Assembly (NCBI GenBank): GCA_051117555.1
Contig: JBNPEG010000093.1
Location: forward strand, 1 to 23,065
Direction of reading: 5' to 3'
DNA length: 23,065 nt
Source of the DNA: Elainellaceae cyanobacterium
Lineage (GTDB): Bacteria > Cyanobacteriota > Cyanobacteriia > CAZCXK01
Part shown: positions 8,339-17,395 of the stretch, piece after piece
Layout of the letters: each line of letters opens with the position of its first letter
How positions within the stretch are numbered: the first letter of the stretch is position 1
Translations under genes and position numbers: made by a program
The notes under the pieces: generated by a model
Databases searched by the model: none
Seen by the model: the letters and a program-made list of their open reading frames with translations, nothing else
Told to the model about the DNA's origin: nothing

Positions 8339-9574
8339 ATGACTCAGCCGGAACTCGTCGAACGCGCCAAGAATGGTGATCCCAAGGCGATCGCCTCCTT
8401 GCTCAGTCGGATTTTACATCCCCGAGGCGTTACGGTTAAAGTTCATCGGCGAGAGGGGTGTTTGCATATTCTGCTCTCATCGGATCGATATCTCGACGAA
8501 GATGCTTATCTTAAATTTGTTCGTCGACAGATTGAACACATCCAGCTTGCTTCAATTCAGTCAGTCAAAGTCTACGGGCAGCAGATCGGAGCGCGCGCAG
8601 TTTCCTGGTACCAAGAATTTGTACCGGCGTCTTCCTCAAAATTAGTGCGGGTGGAGCGATCTCAATCGAGTCCTGAGCCTCCCGATTTTCTGCAAAATTT
8701 AAAGACGTTTCAATTTTCTAGCGTTTTTCCTTACCGAGACGTTCTCAAATCAGAGCTGTATCGCCATCCAACCGTCAAGCTTTTGCTGTTCCTGGGTCTG
8801 TTTCCTCTAATTGTGAATCTCATCAATGACGGAACCAATGTTGGACGGATTGCATGGCTCTTAGGAATTTACTACGCCTCGATTTGGGGGTTTGTATTGT
8901 TCAATCTGATTAAACCCGTCCAAGTTTCGTGGGGTGATACGCTCAAATGCGTTTTATTTACAGCGTTTATCGGGATTCCGCTGCTCATTATATTTCAACA
9001 GGTGCCCATCTTAAGTCCGCTCTATGCAGCAATCGATGCAGGGTTTATCCAACGACTCATCGGATTTATTTTTGGAGTCGGTCTCTTAGAAGAATTATGT
9101 AAGGGAATTCCAGTTTATCTGTTCTTACTCCGACCCGGAAAACTCCATGACCCGCTCACCGCAGCATTTTATGGAGCCATGTCAGGTCTAGGGTTTTCGA
9201 TTGCAGAGGGGGCTGCCTATTCATTGTTCTATGCTCTAGGGCTCGAACGAGGCGACCTAAGCCCGGGAACTTATGTGATTGTTAATACAGTTCGCTTTGT
9301 GTCACTTCCCTTATTTCACGCAATCTTAGCAGGCATCGTCGGATATTTTATTGGATTAGCAGCCATTAATCCCTCCCGACACGGTGCCATTATTTTCATT
9401 GGAGTGGCGATCGCCGCTACCCTCCACGGGCTCTATAACACCTTCTCAGACAGCATTCTAGGGCTTTTCATCGTCGGTTTTTCGATTCTGTTGTTTGTGA
9501 CGTATCTGCGGCGCAGCAAACAAATGGTCGATGAAATGCAGCATGCTGAGTTCAGTAAACCCCGCAAAAGCTGA
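8339..9574 (+). CDS. PrsW-family intramembrane protease with an N-terminal soluble domain
   Basis: Multi-TM; motifs EELCK (EExxK), GLGFSIAE (FxxxE), LFHA and LHGLYN (HxxxN). Confidence 0.9.
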   Translation: MTQPELVERAKNGDPKAIASLLSRILHPRGVTVKVHRREGCLHILLSSDRYLDEDAYLKFVRRQIEHIQLASIQSVKVYGQQIGARAVSWYQEFVPASSSKLVRVERSQSSPEPPDFLQNLKTFQFSSVFPYRDVLKSELYRHPTVKLLLFLGLFPLIVNLINDGTNVGRIAWLLGIYYASIWGFVLFNLIKPVQVSWGDTLKCVLFTAFIGIPLLIIFQQVPILSPLYAAIDAGFIQRLIGFIFGVGLLEELCKGIPVYLFLLRPGKLHDPLTAAFYGAMSGLGFSIAEGAAYSLFYALGLERGDLSPGTYVIVNTVRFVSLPLFHAILAGIVGYFIGLAAINPSRHGAIIFIGVAIAATLHGLYNTFSDSILGLFIVGFSILLFVTYLRRSKQMVDEMQHAEFSKPRKS

Positions 9575-9842
9575 ACGAATTTTACATTTGATATTGAACT
9601 AACTAAGCAAATTTACGTAGACCCCCGATCGCCCGGTATTCCGAACATTGGGAGCTTAGGTGTGCTCTGAGCAATAGCTTGGAAAAGATTTGATTAAGGG
9701 ATCCTCTAAGCTGATATGTAATCTGAATTTTCTTCTCAATATAGAAACTGGGAACTCTATTCAAAGGGAGATTTAGTGGTTGTTCGATTATTTAATGTGT
9801 CGATTTTTACATCGCCATGCGTCGTTTGAATCAACTCTATAT

Positions 9843-9885
9843 CTGCCCCTATCGACCGCCCCTATCGACTGCCCCTATCGACCGC
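9843..9885. repeat. 13-bp tandem repeat (CYGCCCCTATCGA)x3
   Basis: Read directly. Confidence 0.9.
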
Positions 9886-9961
9886 ATTATTAGCCTCCGA
9901 TGCGATGTTTTCATGCTGAAGCCAGAATGTGACGTACTCATCATCAATTGAGGAGAAATTA

Positions 9962-10744
9962 GTGAAGGTCAAAACTATTGCAGCTTGTGCAGGGCTGATT
10001 GCAAGTGGTGGTGTGACACTGGTTAGTGCACCAGCCCAAGCATTTTCGTTTACGACTCAGTTCACCGGACATGATCCTAAAGGAGATATTATCTTAGACT
10101 CTGTTACGTTAGGAGACGGCTCGATTATCAATGATTTTGCGCTGGTTAGCCGGGCCACTATTATCAGCAACGATCTCTGGACAGGAGGCAATACGGGCGC
10201 TGCTAGTGCCGATAAAGGAGATCGGGTCACAGGTGGACTTAGGCAAGAACGCGTCGATAATGCTGGAGTCGTCGCAGCGCTCAATACCCTCAATCTCAAC
10301 AGCATCATCGATACCGAAGATCAGGGAAATTTTGTGATTGACATATTTTTTGACCAGCTTGTTGACAATGTGTTTGTCTGGGAGCGGGGTATGAACAGTA
10401 AACTCGATGTCCAGGCACTCGATAGCGAAGGCAACCTCGTCGGCGGTTTACTCAAACTAAGCAGTTCTAGCACGTGGAATTACGCTGGTTATAGTATTGA
10501 TACTACGGAAATCAGCGGAGCCCAGAAAGTCAGTTCGATTGGCATTGGCTTAAGTGATTTTGGAGTAACGAGTTTCATTTCAGGATTACGGGTCACGAGC
10601 GATAGTTCCTATAACGGGCCAGACTGGAAAATTGTTGGATCGGCAGCGGAAACAGCAGATGTCCCAGAACCCGCTATGCTAGTAGGTCTTGGCGTGATTG
10701 CAAGCGCACTTGTGCTGTCTCGCCGTCGCCCTCTTCACGCATAG
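9962..10744 (+). CDS. PEP-CTERM exosortase-dependent surface protein (XDP2-like)
   Basis: GTG start with SD GAGGAG at 9950-9955; signal peptide ending AQA; WERGMNS and NGPD motifs; C-terminal VPEP, TM and RRR. Confidence 0.88.
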   Translation: MKVKTIAACAGLIASGGVTLVSAPAQAFSFTTQFTGHDPKGDIILDSVTLGDGSIINDFALVSRATIISNDLWTGGNTGAASADKGDRVTGGLRQERVDNAGVVAALNTLNLNSIIDTEDQGNFVIDIFFDQLVDNVFVWERGMNSKLDVQALDSEGNLVGGLLKLSSSSTWNYAGYSIDTTEISGAQKVSSIGIGLSDFGVTSFISGLRVTSDSSYNGPDWKIVGSAAETADVPEPAMLVGLGVIASALVLSRRRPLHA

Positions 10745-10787
10745 AGCTAGAAAATATTACTGTTGCATCCTCGCCCTACATCGTATC

Positions 10788-10877
10788 GATGGCGTGCGCG
10801 GATTGAGTCTGGTGGTGTGGAGCGCAGCGGCGTGCTACACCACCATTTTTGTGCTTGATGTGCGAATTGGTGCCATC
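10788..10877. repeat. diverged family-B short dispersed repeat
   Basis: GATGGC...GCCATC ends; hairpin TGGTGGTGTGG/CTACACCACCA; 25/26 match to 1329-1354. Confidence 0.65.
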
Positions 10878-10988
10878 TCTAAATTCAATCTAGAGGGGAT
10901 TTTTTGCGTGAGATATCATGAAGGGCATCCCCTGAGATGATTGGTTTCTAGCCTCTGTAAACTTTCTACGGAATATCTCATACCTGCA

Positions 10989-12332
10989 ATGTCTTCCCTC
11001 TATGCGTCTGATGTCTATGACCGAACTCATCCAATCGACAGCTATTGGCAATCTACTGTCGACTCGTTGGATGAAGGATTTACTCCCTTAGGCGGAACTG
11101 ACACCTGTGACATTGCCATTATCGGAGCTGGAATTACGGGATTAACGGCTGCCCTACACTTGGTTCGAGAGTACGGCGCTGATGTTCGGGTGATTGAGGC
11201 GGGGCATCCAGGATGGGGCGCATCGGGGCGCAATGGAGGATTTTGTTGTGTTGGGTCAACGAAGCTGTCAGACTCCGAACTGCTTCAGAAATTTGGCCAC
11301 GCGGAAACTCGACGGTTTTACCACGCGCAGCGACAGGGTACCGAGTTGGTTCAATCCCTTGCTAGTCAAGAGAATATCGACATCGAAGCCCAGGGGTCTG
11401 GGGAAATTCGGGTTGCTCATCGTCAATCTCGATGGCAAATGCTCAACGATGAGTATGATTTTTTGACCAATGTCGCCCAATATCCGTGTGAACTCTGGTC
11501 ACGAAGCGATTTAGCTGACCAGGGTTTTCAGAGCGCTGATGCTCATGCTGCACTTCGCGTCGGCGTAGGTTTTGGCTTGAACCCGTTGAAGTATAGCCTG
11601 GGACTTGCAGCGGCGGTACACCGACGGGGAGGGGTGATATATGCTCGAAGCCCTGTTGAAGTGTGGGAAAAAACATCGGCATGGCATCAGCTTCATACTC
11701 CCGGTGGCACGCTAAATGCGCGTCATGTCATTATCGCCACGAACGGATATACTCAAGACTCACTGCATCATCGGCTGGGCGATCGCCTGCTTCCAATTTT
11801 GTCTAGTATTATCGTCACCCGCCCGCTTACCCAGACTGAAAGACACAATCAGGGCTGGCATACAGAGACTCCTATTTATGACACGAGACATTTACTGTTT
11901 TATTATCGGCTGCTTCCAGACGGACGATGTTTGTTTGGCAGCCGGGTAGGCACGCGAGGAACGTTTCAAGAGCGCGATCGCCATCGTCAATGGATGATTC
12001 ACCGCTTTGCTGACATGTTTCCTGCCTGGAGAGACGTCGAAATCACTCACTCCTGGGACGGGCTTATCTGTGTGTCTGCGGCATTGACGCCTCACATTGG
12101 TCACTTGCCTGATGATTCTACTGTGTTTTATAGCCTGGCCTATCATGGTAACGGCGTCGCCGCCGCGACGTGGTGTGGTCAACTCGTCGCTCGCTTAGCG
12201 GTAGGAGATATCCAACCTGATCAGCTTTGTGCTGTGTATAAGCAGCCATTGAAAAAATTTGTGCTCCCAGCGCTACGAATTTGGTATTTGCGATCGCTCT
12301 ACACGGCCTACCAGGTCAAAGATTCAATATGA
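10989..12332 (+). CDS. FAD-dependent oxidoreductase, DAO/PuuB (gamma-glutamylputrescine oxidase)-like
   Basis: SYW, Rossmann IIGAGITG, GASGRNGG, IATNGY, YHGNGVA. ATG at 10989 preferred over TTG at 10941. Confidence 0.88.
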   Translation: MSSLYASDVYDRTHPIDSYWQSTVDSLDEGFTPLGGTDTCDIAIIGAGITGLTAALHLVREYGADVRVIEAGHPGWGASGRNGGFCCVGSTKLSDSELLQKFGHAETRRFYHAQRQGTELVQSLASQENIDIEAQGSGEIRVAHRQSRWQMLNDEYDFLTNVAQYPCELWSRSDLADQGFQSADAHAALRVGVGFGLNPLKYSLGLAAAVHRRGGVIYARSPVEVWEKTSAWHQLHTPGGTLNARHVIIATNGYTQDSLHHRLGDRLLPILSSIIVTRPLTQTERHNQGWHTETPIYDTRHLLFYYRLLPDGRCLFGSRVGTRGTFQERDRHRQWMIHRFADMFPAWRDVEITHSWDGLICVSAALTPHIGHLPDDSTVFYSLAYHGNGVAAATWCGQLVARLAVGDIQPDQLCAVYKQPLKKFVLPALRIWYLRSLYTAYQVKDSI

Positions 12333-12371
12333 GTTTAAGTCGGTTTGAGTTGGGCTGAATTGAGCCCTTCC

Positions 12372-14945
12372 CTAATCGTGATTGCTACTGTCTAGACGTT
12401 GACGAGCTGCCTCTAGCAACAGCCGCTTCTCTGCACGCGCGATCGCCCGATATGCTGTTTCCACCGCATCCGGTGTAACAGAAATAGACGTAATGCCCCA
12501 GCGTACGAATGATTCAATTAAATCAGGATATTGGCTGGGGGCATGCCCACAGAATGAACATGGAATATTAAATCGCTGTGCGGTTTGAATAAGCTGACGA
12601 ATGGCTCGAAGAACCGCAGGATGACTCAGATTAAATGCCTCAGCCATCTGTGGCTGATTGCGGTCAACGCCTAGTATGAGTTGCGTCAGGTCATTACCAC
12701 CAATCGAAATACCTTGGATTCCAGCCTGGATGTAGTCAGGCAACAAAAATAGAACGGACGGCACTTCAGCCATGATCCAAAGTTGAAATTCAGAGGTTTC
12801 AAAGAGTCCGGCTTGAATGACGCGCTCTCGACAAAATGTGAATTCCTCGACCGTTCTCACAAACGGCAAGACGAGATGCATATTGGTGTGTCCGGTTTGC
12901 TGAACCTGTTTAAGCGCTGCCAGCTCAATATCGAATAAAGCAGGCTCTGACTGATAGCTAAAGGTTCCATGCAAGCCCAAGACAGGGTTTACCTCTGATG
13001 CATTTGATGGTGACAGTAGAGATAGAGATTCATGGGAACGACGGTCGGACGAGCGATAAAAAACTGGACGCGGCGTGAAGGCATCGGCAAACTGCATAAT
13101 CTGGCTGGCAAGGTGTTGCGTCAGTTCTGCGTGTCGTCCGGCCTTAATCCATAGCTCAGGGGACTGATGATCTAAGATTGGCAGCATCATGGCTTCCGAT
13201 CGCAACAGTCCTATGCCGTCAACGGGCAAACCCGCCACGTTCGCGATTGAACTGACCTGGCTGAGATTGACCATGAGTTGAGTGGCAATCCCCTTGTGGT
13301 GATGAATGAATTGAGAAATGTGTTCGTCAAGGTAAGGGGGAGCATCGTCGTTTTGAGGATGCGACTGTTGAGACGATGGGCTAGCTTTTAACGTGTGATG
13401 CAAATTTGCGATCGCCGTCTCAGATTGCACCCGATAAATTTCGCCGCGATCGCCATCCAGAAAGGCGAGATCTCCTGATTGCAGAATTTGAGTTGCACGG
13501 GCACCACCGACCACTGCCGGAATGCCGATTTCCCGAGCAATGATTGCCGCATGAGACGTCATTCCGCCTCGTTCGGTGATGATGCCAGCAACATGCTCAA
13601 GTGAAATCAACTGCTCTGGGACAATATCAATCGCAACAATGATGACTCCGGGCGGAATGCTGAGTGCTGATAAGGTGGAAGCTGTTAATATCCATACTGG
13701 AGCACCAACACGGCCGGGAGACGCCGCAACGCCATGAATGACTAATTCGGATTCATGTTGGGGCGGTAGACGTGTCGGGTCAGGAGCGATCGCCTCTTGA
13801 TGAGATCGACGAGACAATCTGCCCTGATCATTATCTAATGGGAACTTGCGCGATGCAAGTTCGCTTGAGCCTAAAAAAGACGGCGTTGCCTGAACCAGAT
13901 ATAGATGAGATGACGTGAGCCCGGAGTGCCGACTCTCAGGAGGCGTTATAAGACCAGAGGCTTTGACACGGAGCGTATCGTTTGTCGCCAGCATAGAATC
14001 CTGAGCTGCCTCACAAAGCACCCATTCCAGCTCTGCAAAATGCCCTAGCTCACGAGTAATGTCTCTAGAAATATTAACAATGTGCTGAAGCGTATCATCT
14101 GACAAAGCAAACGCATTCTGCTGGCTCGGGCTGAGCAATTCTAGATGCAAATCGATGATGTCTTGGGCGGGCGTTGTTGTCTCGGGCGATGATGCCAATC
14201 GATATGCATGAGATTTTTGTCCTAGTCGCTGAGTTTCGATCGCCCCCGTCTGGGTTTTAACTCGATAATAATCGGGAATAATCCCCCCTTTGACGATCGC
14301 CTGCCCCAAACCAAGCGTGGCGGTGATATCTAAATTATCCTCATGGATGATCACCTGCCCAGAGGCGATCGCCTCTGGCAATGGCTGGACTAAAATTGCT
14401 AGATGCACCTGGTGAATCTGAACGCCTGATCGCTGCCAATATAGAAGACTACGAGCGCGAAATAATTCTGCCCAAACCGCCCGAATACCGTGGCCTAGTG
14501 ATTCTGGATTGGCATAACACATTTGACTCTCAAACAGCCCAGTTGTTCGCAAGCTCAGAGTCGGATCTAACCCTGCCTGAAGCGTGAACGATGGGCGCAG
14601 AATCAGGGCGGGAGACTGAAAATGCTGCGCCGTAGCTGCTAGATCCGAGAGCCAGTTATCGGGTAATGAGGTCGAACGGATGGCCTGACGAATCTGCTGA
14701 GCGATCGCCTGAAGTTGAGACGCGTTATCCACATCTACGTAGAGTGAAGAGTTTGGCAAGTCAGCAAACAAAGGCTCTAGCCAATTAATGGTTTCCAAAA
14801 AATCGCGAAACACCGATGTAGAAATTACAAAACCTGGGATAACTGGGTATCCCCGGTGTGTTAGTAAGCTGAGATAAAATGCTTTATCCCCGATTAGACC
14901 ACGACTCGCAGGCTTAACCTGGTTCAGCCAGTACAAATGCTTCAC
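12372..14945 (-). CDS. PEP synthase/PPDK-like PEP-utilising protein with a degenerate ATP-grasp domain
   Basis: Phospho-His swivel motif GGMTSHAAIIAREIGIPAVVG; C-terminal barrel motifs GIGLLRSE, IMAEVPS, SIGGNDLTQ and FCGHAPS. Confidence 0.88.
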   Translation of the reverse strand: MKHLYWLNQVKPASRGLIGDKAFYLSLLTHRGYPVIPGFVISTSVFRDFLETINWLEPLFADLPNSSLYVDVDNASQLQAIAQQIRQAIRSTSLPDNWLSDLAATAQHFQSPALILRPSFTLQAGLDPTLSLRTTGLFESQMCYANPESLGHGIRAVWAELFRARSLLYWQRSGVQIHQVHLAILVQPLPEAIASGQVIIHEDNLDITATLGLGQAIVKGGIIPDYYRVKTQTGAIETQRLGQKSHAYRLASSPETTTPAQDIIDLHLELLSPSQQNAFALSDDTLQHIVNISRDITRELGHFAELEWVLCEAAQDSMLATNDTLRVKASGLITPPESRHSGLTSSHLYLVQATPSFLGSSELASRKFPLDNDQGRLSRRSHQEAIAPDPTRLPPQHESELVIHGVAASPGRVGAPVWILTASTLSALSIPPGVIIVAIDIVPEQLISLEHVAGIITERGGMTSHAAIIAREIGIPAVVGGARATQILQSGDLAFLDGDRGEIYRVQSETAIANLHHTLKASPSSQQSHPQNDDAPPYLDEHISQFIHHHKGIATQLMVNLSQVSSIANVAGLPVDGIGLLRSEAMMLPILDHQSPELWIKAGRHAELTQHLASQIMQFADAFTPRPVFYRSSDRRSHESLSLLSPSNASEVNPVLGLHGTFSYQSEPALFDIELAALKQVQQTGHTNMHLVLPFVRTVEEFTFCRERVIQAGLFETSEFQLWIMAEVPSVLFLLPDYIQAGIQGISIGGNDLTQLILGVDRNQPQMAEAFNLSHPAVLRAIRQLIQTAQRFNIPCSFCGHAPSQYPDLIESFVRWGITSISVTPDAVETAYRAIARAEKRLLLEAARQRLDSSNHD

Positions 14946-15397
14946 GATTACTAAAGAGCCGACTCGTTCGGATACAACAATTAAGTCTTGTAATTTAGAC
15001 GACGCTCATGAGTCGAATTCCGGGTGTCTCAAGGAAACGCTCTGAGATTCGAATTGTACAGAGTTTAGTGAACTCTACGTACAGATTTATCAAACTTAAT
15101 ATGTTTTTGATAGTGGATGTCTATCTAGGCATGATACCTGTCAGAGGTTATGGAAGACCTCTACTTCTCCAGCTATATTCAGCACCTGAAATCGAGATAA
15201 GATGGAAAATCGAAATCAAGAGACGTCTTCTTTTTCTCTAGAGGGGGCACTCCAGATTATTGCATGGCACGAATCAGCCAGCGAAAACCGCCGATTTAGA
15301 GTCGGAGGGGACAGACTCACGTAGGCGGTATTGCGTCGGTTGAATCTTGTGGCCGTGCCCTTAAAAAATGCGAATTGTGAATTTTAACTGATCATTC

Positions 15398-15916
15398 ATG
15401 AAACACACGCTTTCAGTTTTGGTTGAAGATGAAGCAGGCGTTTTGACTCGAATTGCAGCTCTATTTGCTCGTCGAGGATTCAATATTGAGAGCTTAGCAG
15501 TGGGTCCGGCTGAGAAGATGGGAATTTCTCGAATTACGATGGTGGTTCCGGGAGATGACCAGGCGATTGAGCAAGTCACAAAGCAGCTCTACAAGCTCAT
15601 CAATGTTCTCAAGGTGCAGGATATCACCGAAGTTCCTTGTGTAGAACGAGAACTCATGCTGATTAAGGTAAATGCAACGAGTTCAAATCGTTCTGAGATT
15701 ATCGAACTCGCGCAAATCTTTAGAGCCCGAATTGTTGACGTCTCGGAAGATACTCTCACAATTGAAGTGGTCGGCGATCCTGGGAAAATGGTGGCGATTG
15801 TTCAGATGCTGGCTCGCTTTGGAGTTCGGGAGATTGCCAGAACGGGTAAGATTGCGCTGACGCGAGAATCTGGCGTCAATACAGAGTATCTCAAATCGTT
15901 AGAAGCGAAGGTTTGA
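15398..15916 (+). CDS. ilvN: acetolactate synthase small (regulatory) subunit
   Basis: [39 protein letters not shown] domain; [15 protein letters not shown]. Confidence 0.97.
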   Translation: MKHTLSVLVEDEAGVLTRIAALFARRGFNIESLAVGPAEKMGISRITMVVPGDDQAIEQVTKQLYKLINVLKVQDITEVPCVERELMLIKVNATSSNRSEIIELAQIFRARIVDVSEDTLTIEVVGDPGKMVAIVQMLARFGVREIARTGKIALTRESGVNTEYLKSLEAKV

Positions 15917-15983
15917 GTCCATTCTGCAACAAAACTTAACGTGTTCGGCAGATGATCGCGGTTTTGGCATATTGCATCACGTC

Positions 15984-16631
15984 ATGAGGTCTTATCTCTA
16001 TCTCCACGGGTTTGCATCAAGCCCTCGCTCACGTAAGGCAATGTATCTGAGCGATCGATTCAACTCGTGCGGACTACCGCTAAACATTCCTGACCTTAAC
16101 CGCCCTGACTTTTCCGGGCTCACTCTAACTCGACAGCTTCAGCAAATTACATCAGAATTTCCGAAGAACGGAACTCCGGTGGTTCTCATTGGTTCTAGCT
16201 TCGGCGGACTTACTGCCGCATGGGCAGCAGAATATTGCCCTCAGGTTGAACGACTCGTGCTGCTTGCTCCAGCATTTTGTTTTCTTAACTATTGGCTGCC
16301 TAAACTGGGCTCCGAGCAACTCAGGCACTGGCAAGAGCACGGTGAAATGCCAATCTATCATTATGGAGCGGGTACCATGTTGCCTTTACGGTATGGCTTC
16401 ATTCGAGATATGCAACAGTATCCAGATATGCAAATTCAGCGGCCCGTACCGACTCTAATTATCCACGGGACGCATGACGACGTGATTCCAATATCTGCAA
16501 GTCGTGAATTTGCGGCATCTCATCCTTGGGTGCAACTTATGGAGATGAACAGCGATCACGGCTTAGGCAATGTGCTGAGCCAACTTTGGCAAGCTATCCA
16601 AGATTTTTGCCACCTTACGACTTCACCTTGA
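15984..16631 (+). CDS. YqiA/YcfP-family alpha/beta hydrolase (esterase)
   Basis: YLHGFASSP, nucleophile elbow GSSFGG, HGTHDDVI, SDHGL (Ser-Asp-His triad). Confidence 0.9.
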   Translation: MRSYLYLHGFASSPRSRKAMYLSDRFNSCGLPLNIPDLNRPDFSGLTLTRQLQQITSEFPKNGTPVVLIGSSFGGLTAAWAAEYCPQVERLVLLAPAFCFLNYWLPKLGSEQLRHWQEHGEMPIYHYGAGTMLPLRYGFIRDMQQYPDMQIQRPVPTLIIHGTHDDVIPISASREFAASHPWVQLMEMNSDHGLGNVLSQLWQAIQDFCHLTTSP

Positions 16632-17274
16632 CATTTAGCTTACGGGGTGGGCGACGTGCCATCCGAATCGTGTAAGGTAACACACCGACTAACAAAGAAA
16701 ATGCCTCATCAGGAATTTGGGAGATTGTATCCTGATCAAAATACACTTCAAACTGGTTTAAAATCATCTGTGCCCGCTTCAACGAAACCGAACTATCGGT
16801 GAACTGCTGTGTCAGTCTGATCCACTGTCGCCGAATCAAAAATGCTTTCTGTCTTTCGTCATGAGAATGGGGTGGAATCAGCGATAAATCTCCTACAGGC
16901 AAGACTCGTTGGCAGTCTAAGTCGAAAAAGCTCCCAACAGCAGCGCCGGGGCCTGCAAATTCAGCGTGATATTTTTTGTATAAAATTAGCCCATTTTTGC
17001 GTCTGCTGTTAACCATTAGTAAATGACCCTGCTGAAGCAGGTCTAAAATCTCAGAGGCGTCACTGTATTCCCCCTTTAGAGTGTCAGCATTCGAGACTGG
17101 GTCATTTGAGTCTCCAGGTTGATGATCTGAGTCTCTAGGCTGATCATCAAACATTCCTGAATCAGCGCTAGGGGGCTGAATCTGCCCATCTGTTGCTAAC
17201 GGATCTGAAAGAGACTCGTTAGAGGTATGGGAATCTAAACTCGGTGAGCCTGCCTGCTGATTCTCATTGACCAT
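16615..17274 (-). CDS. conserved cyanobacterial protein, degenerate CRP/FNR-like
   Basis: Acidic disordered N-terminus, AEFAGPGAAVG beta region, long helix, C-terminal HTH-like IPDEAFSLLVGVLPYTIRMARR; the CRP relationship is inferred. Confidence 0.7.
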   Translation of the reverse strand: MVNENQQAGSPSLDSHTSNESLSDPLATDGQIQPPSADSGMFDDQPRDSDHQPGDSNDPVSNADTLKGEYSDASEILDLLQQGHLLMVNSRRKNGLILYKKYHAEFAGPGAAVGSFFDLDCQRVLPVGDLSLIPPHSHDERQKAFLIRRQWIRLTQQFTDSSVSLKRAQMILNQFEVYFDQDTISQIPDEAFSLLVGVLPYTIRMARRPPRKLNVKVKS

Positions 17275-17395
17275 CTGAATCTACGATCTACCCATGAGTG
17301 TTGCTACGACTTTCAAATTATAAACCGACCGGTTTGATTGGAAATGTACTCACAAATCTCTAGGGCTGCAAGAAGGATTGGGACAGTCTCTGCGC

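Noticed and set aside
12352..12367. Hairpin GGGCT-gaattg-AGCCC between convergent genes as a terminator
   Set aside because: Only a 5-bp stem and no T-tract on either strand.
15266..15359. SRP (ffs) or 6S RNA identity for the hairpin upstream of ilvN
   Set aside because: Lacks the SRP CAGG...GGAA...AGCAG motif on both strands and is too short for 6S RNA.
15398..15916. ilvN without an adjacent ilvB
   Set aside because: Separation of the two subunit genes is usual in cyanobacteria.
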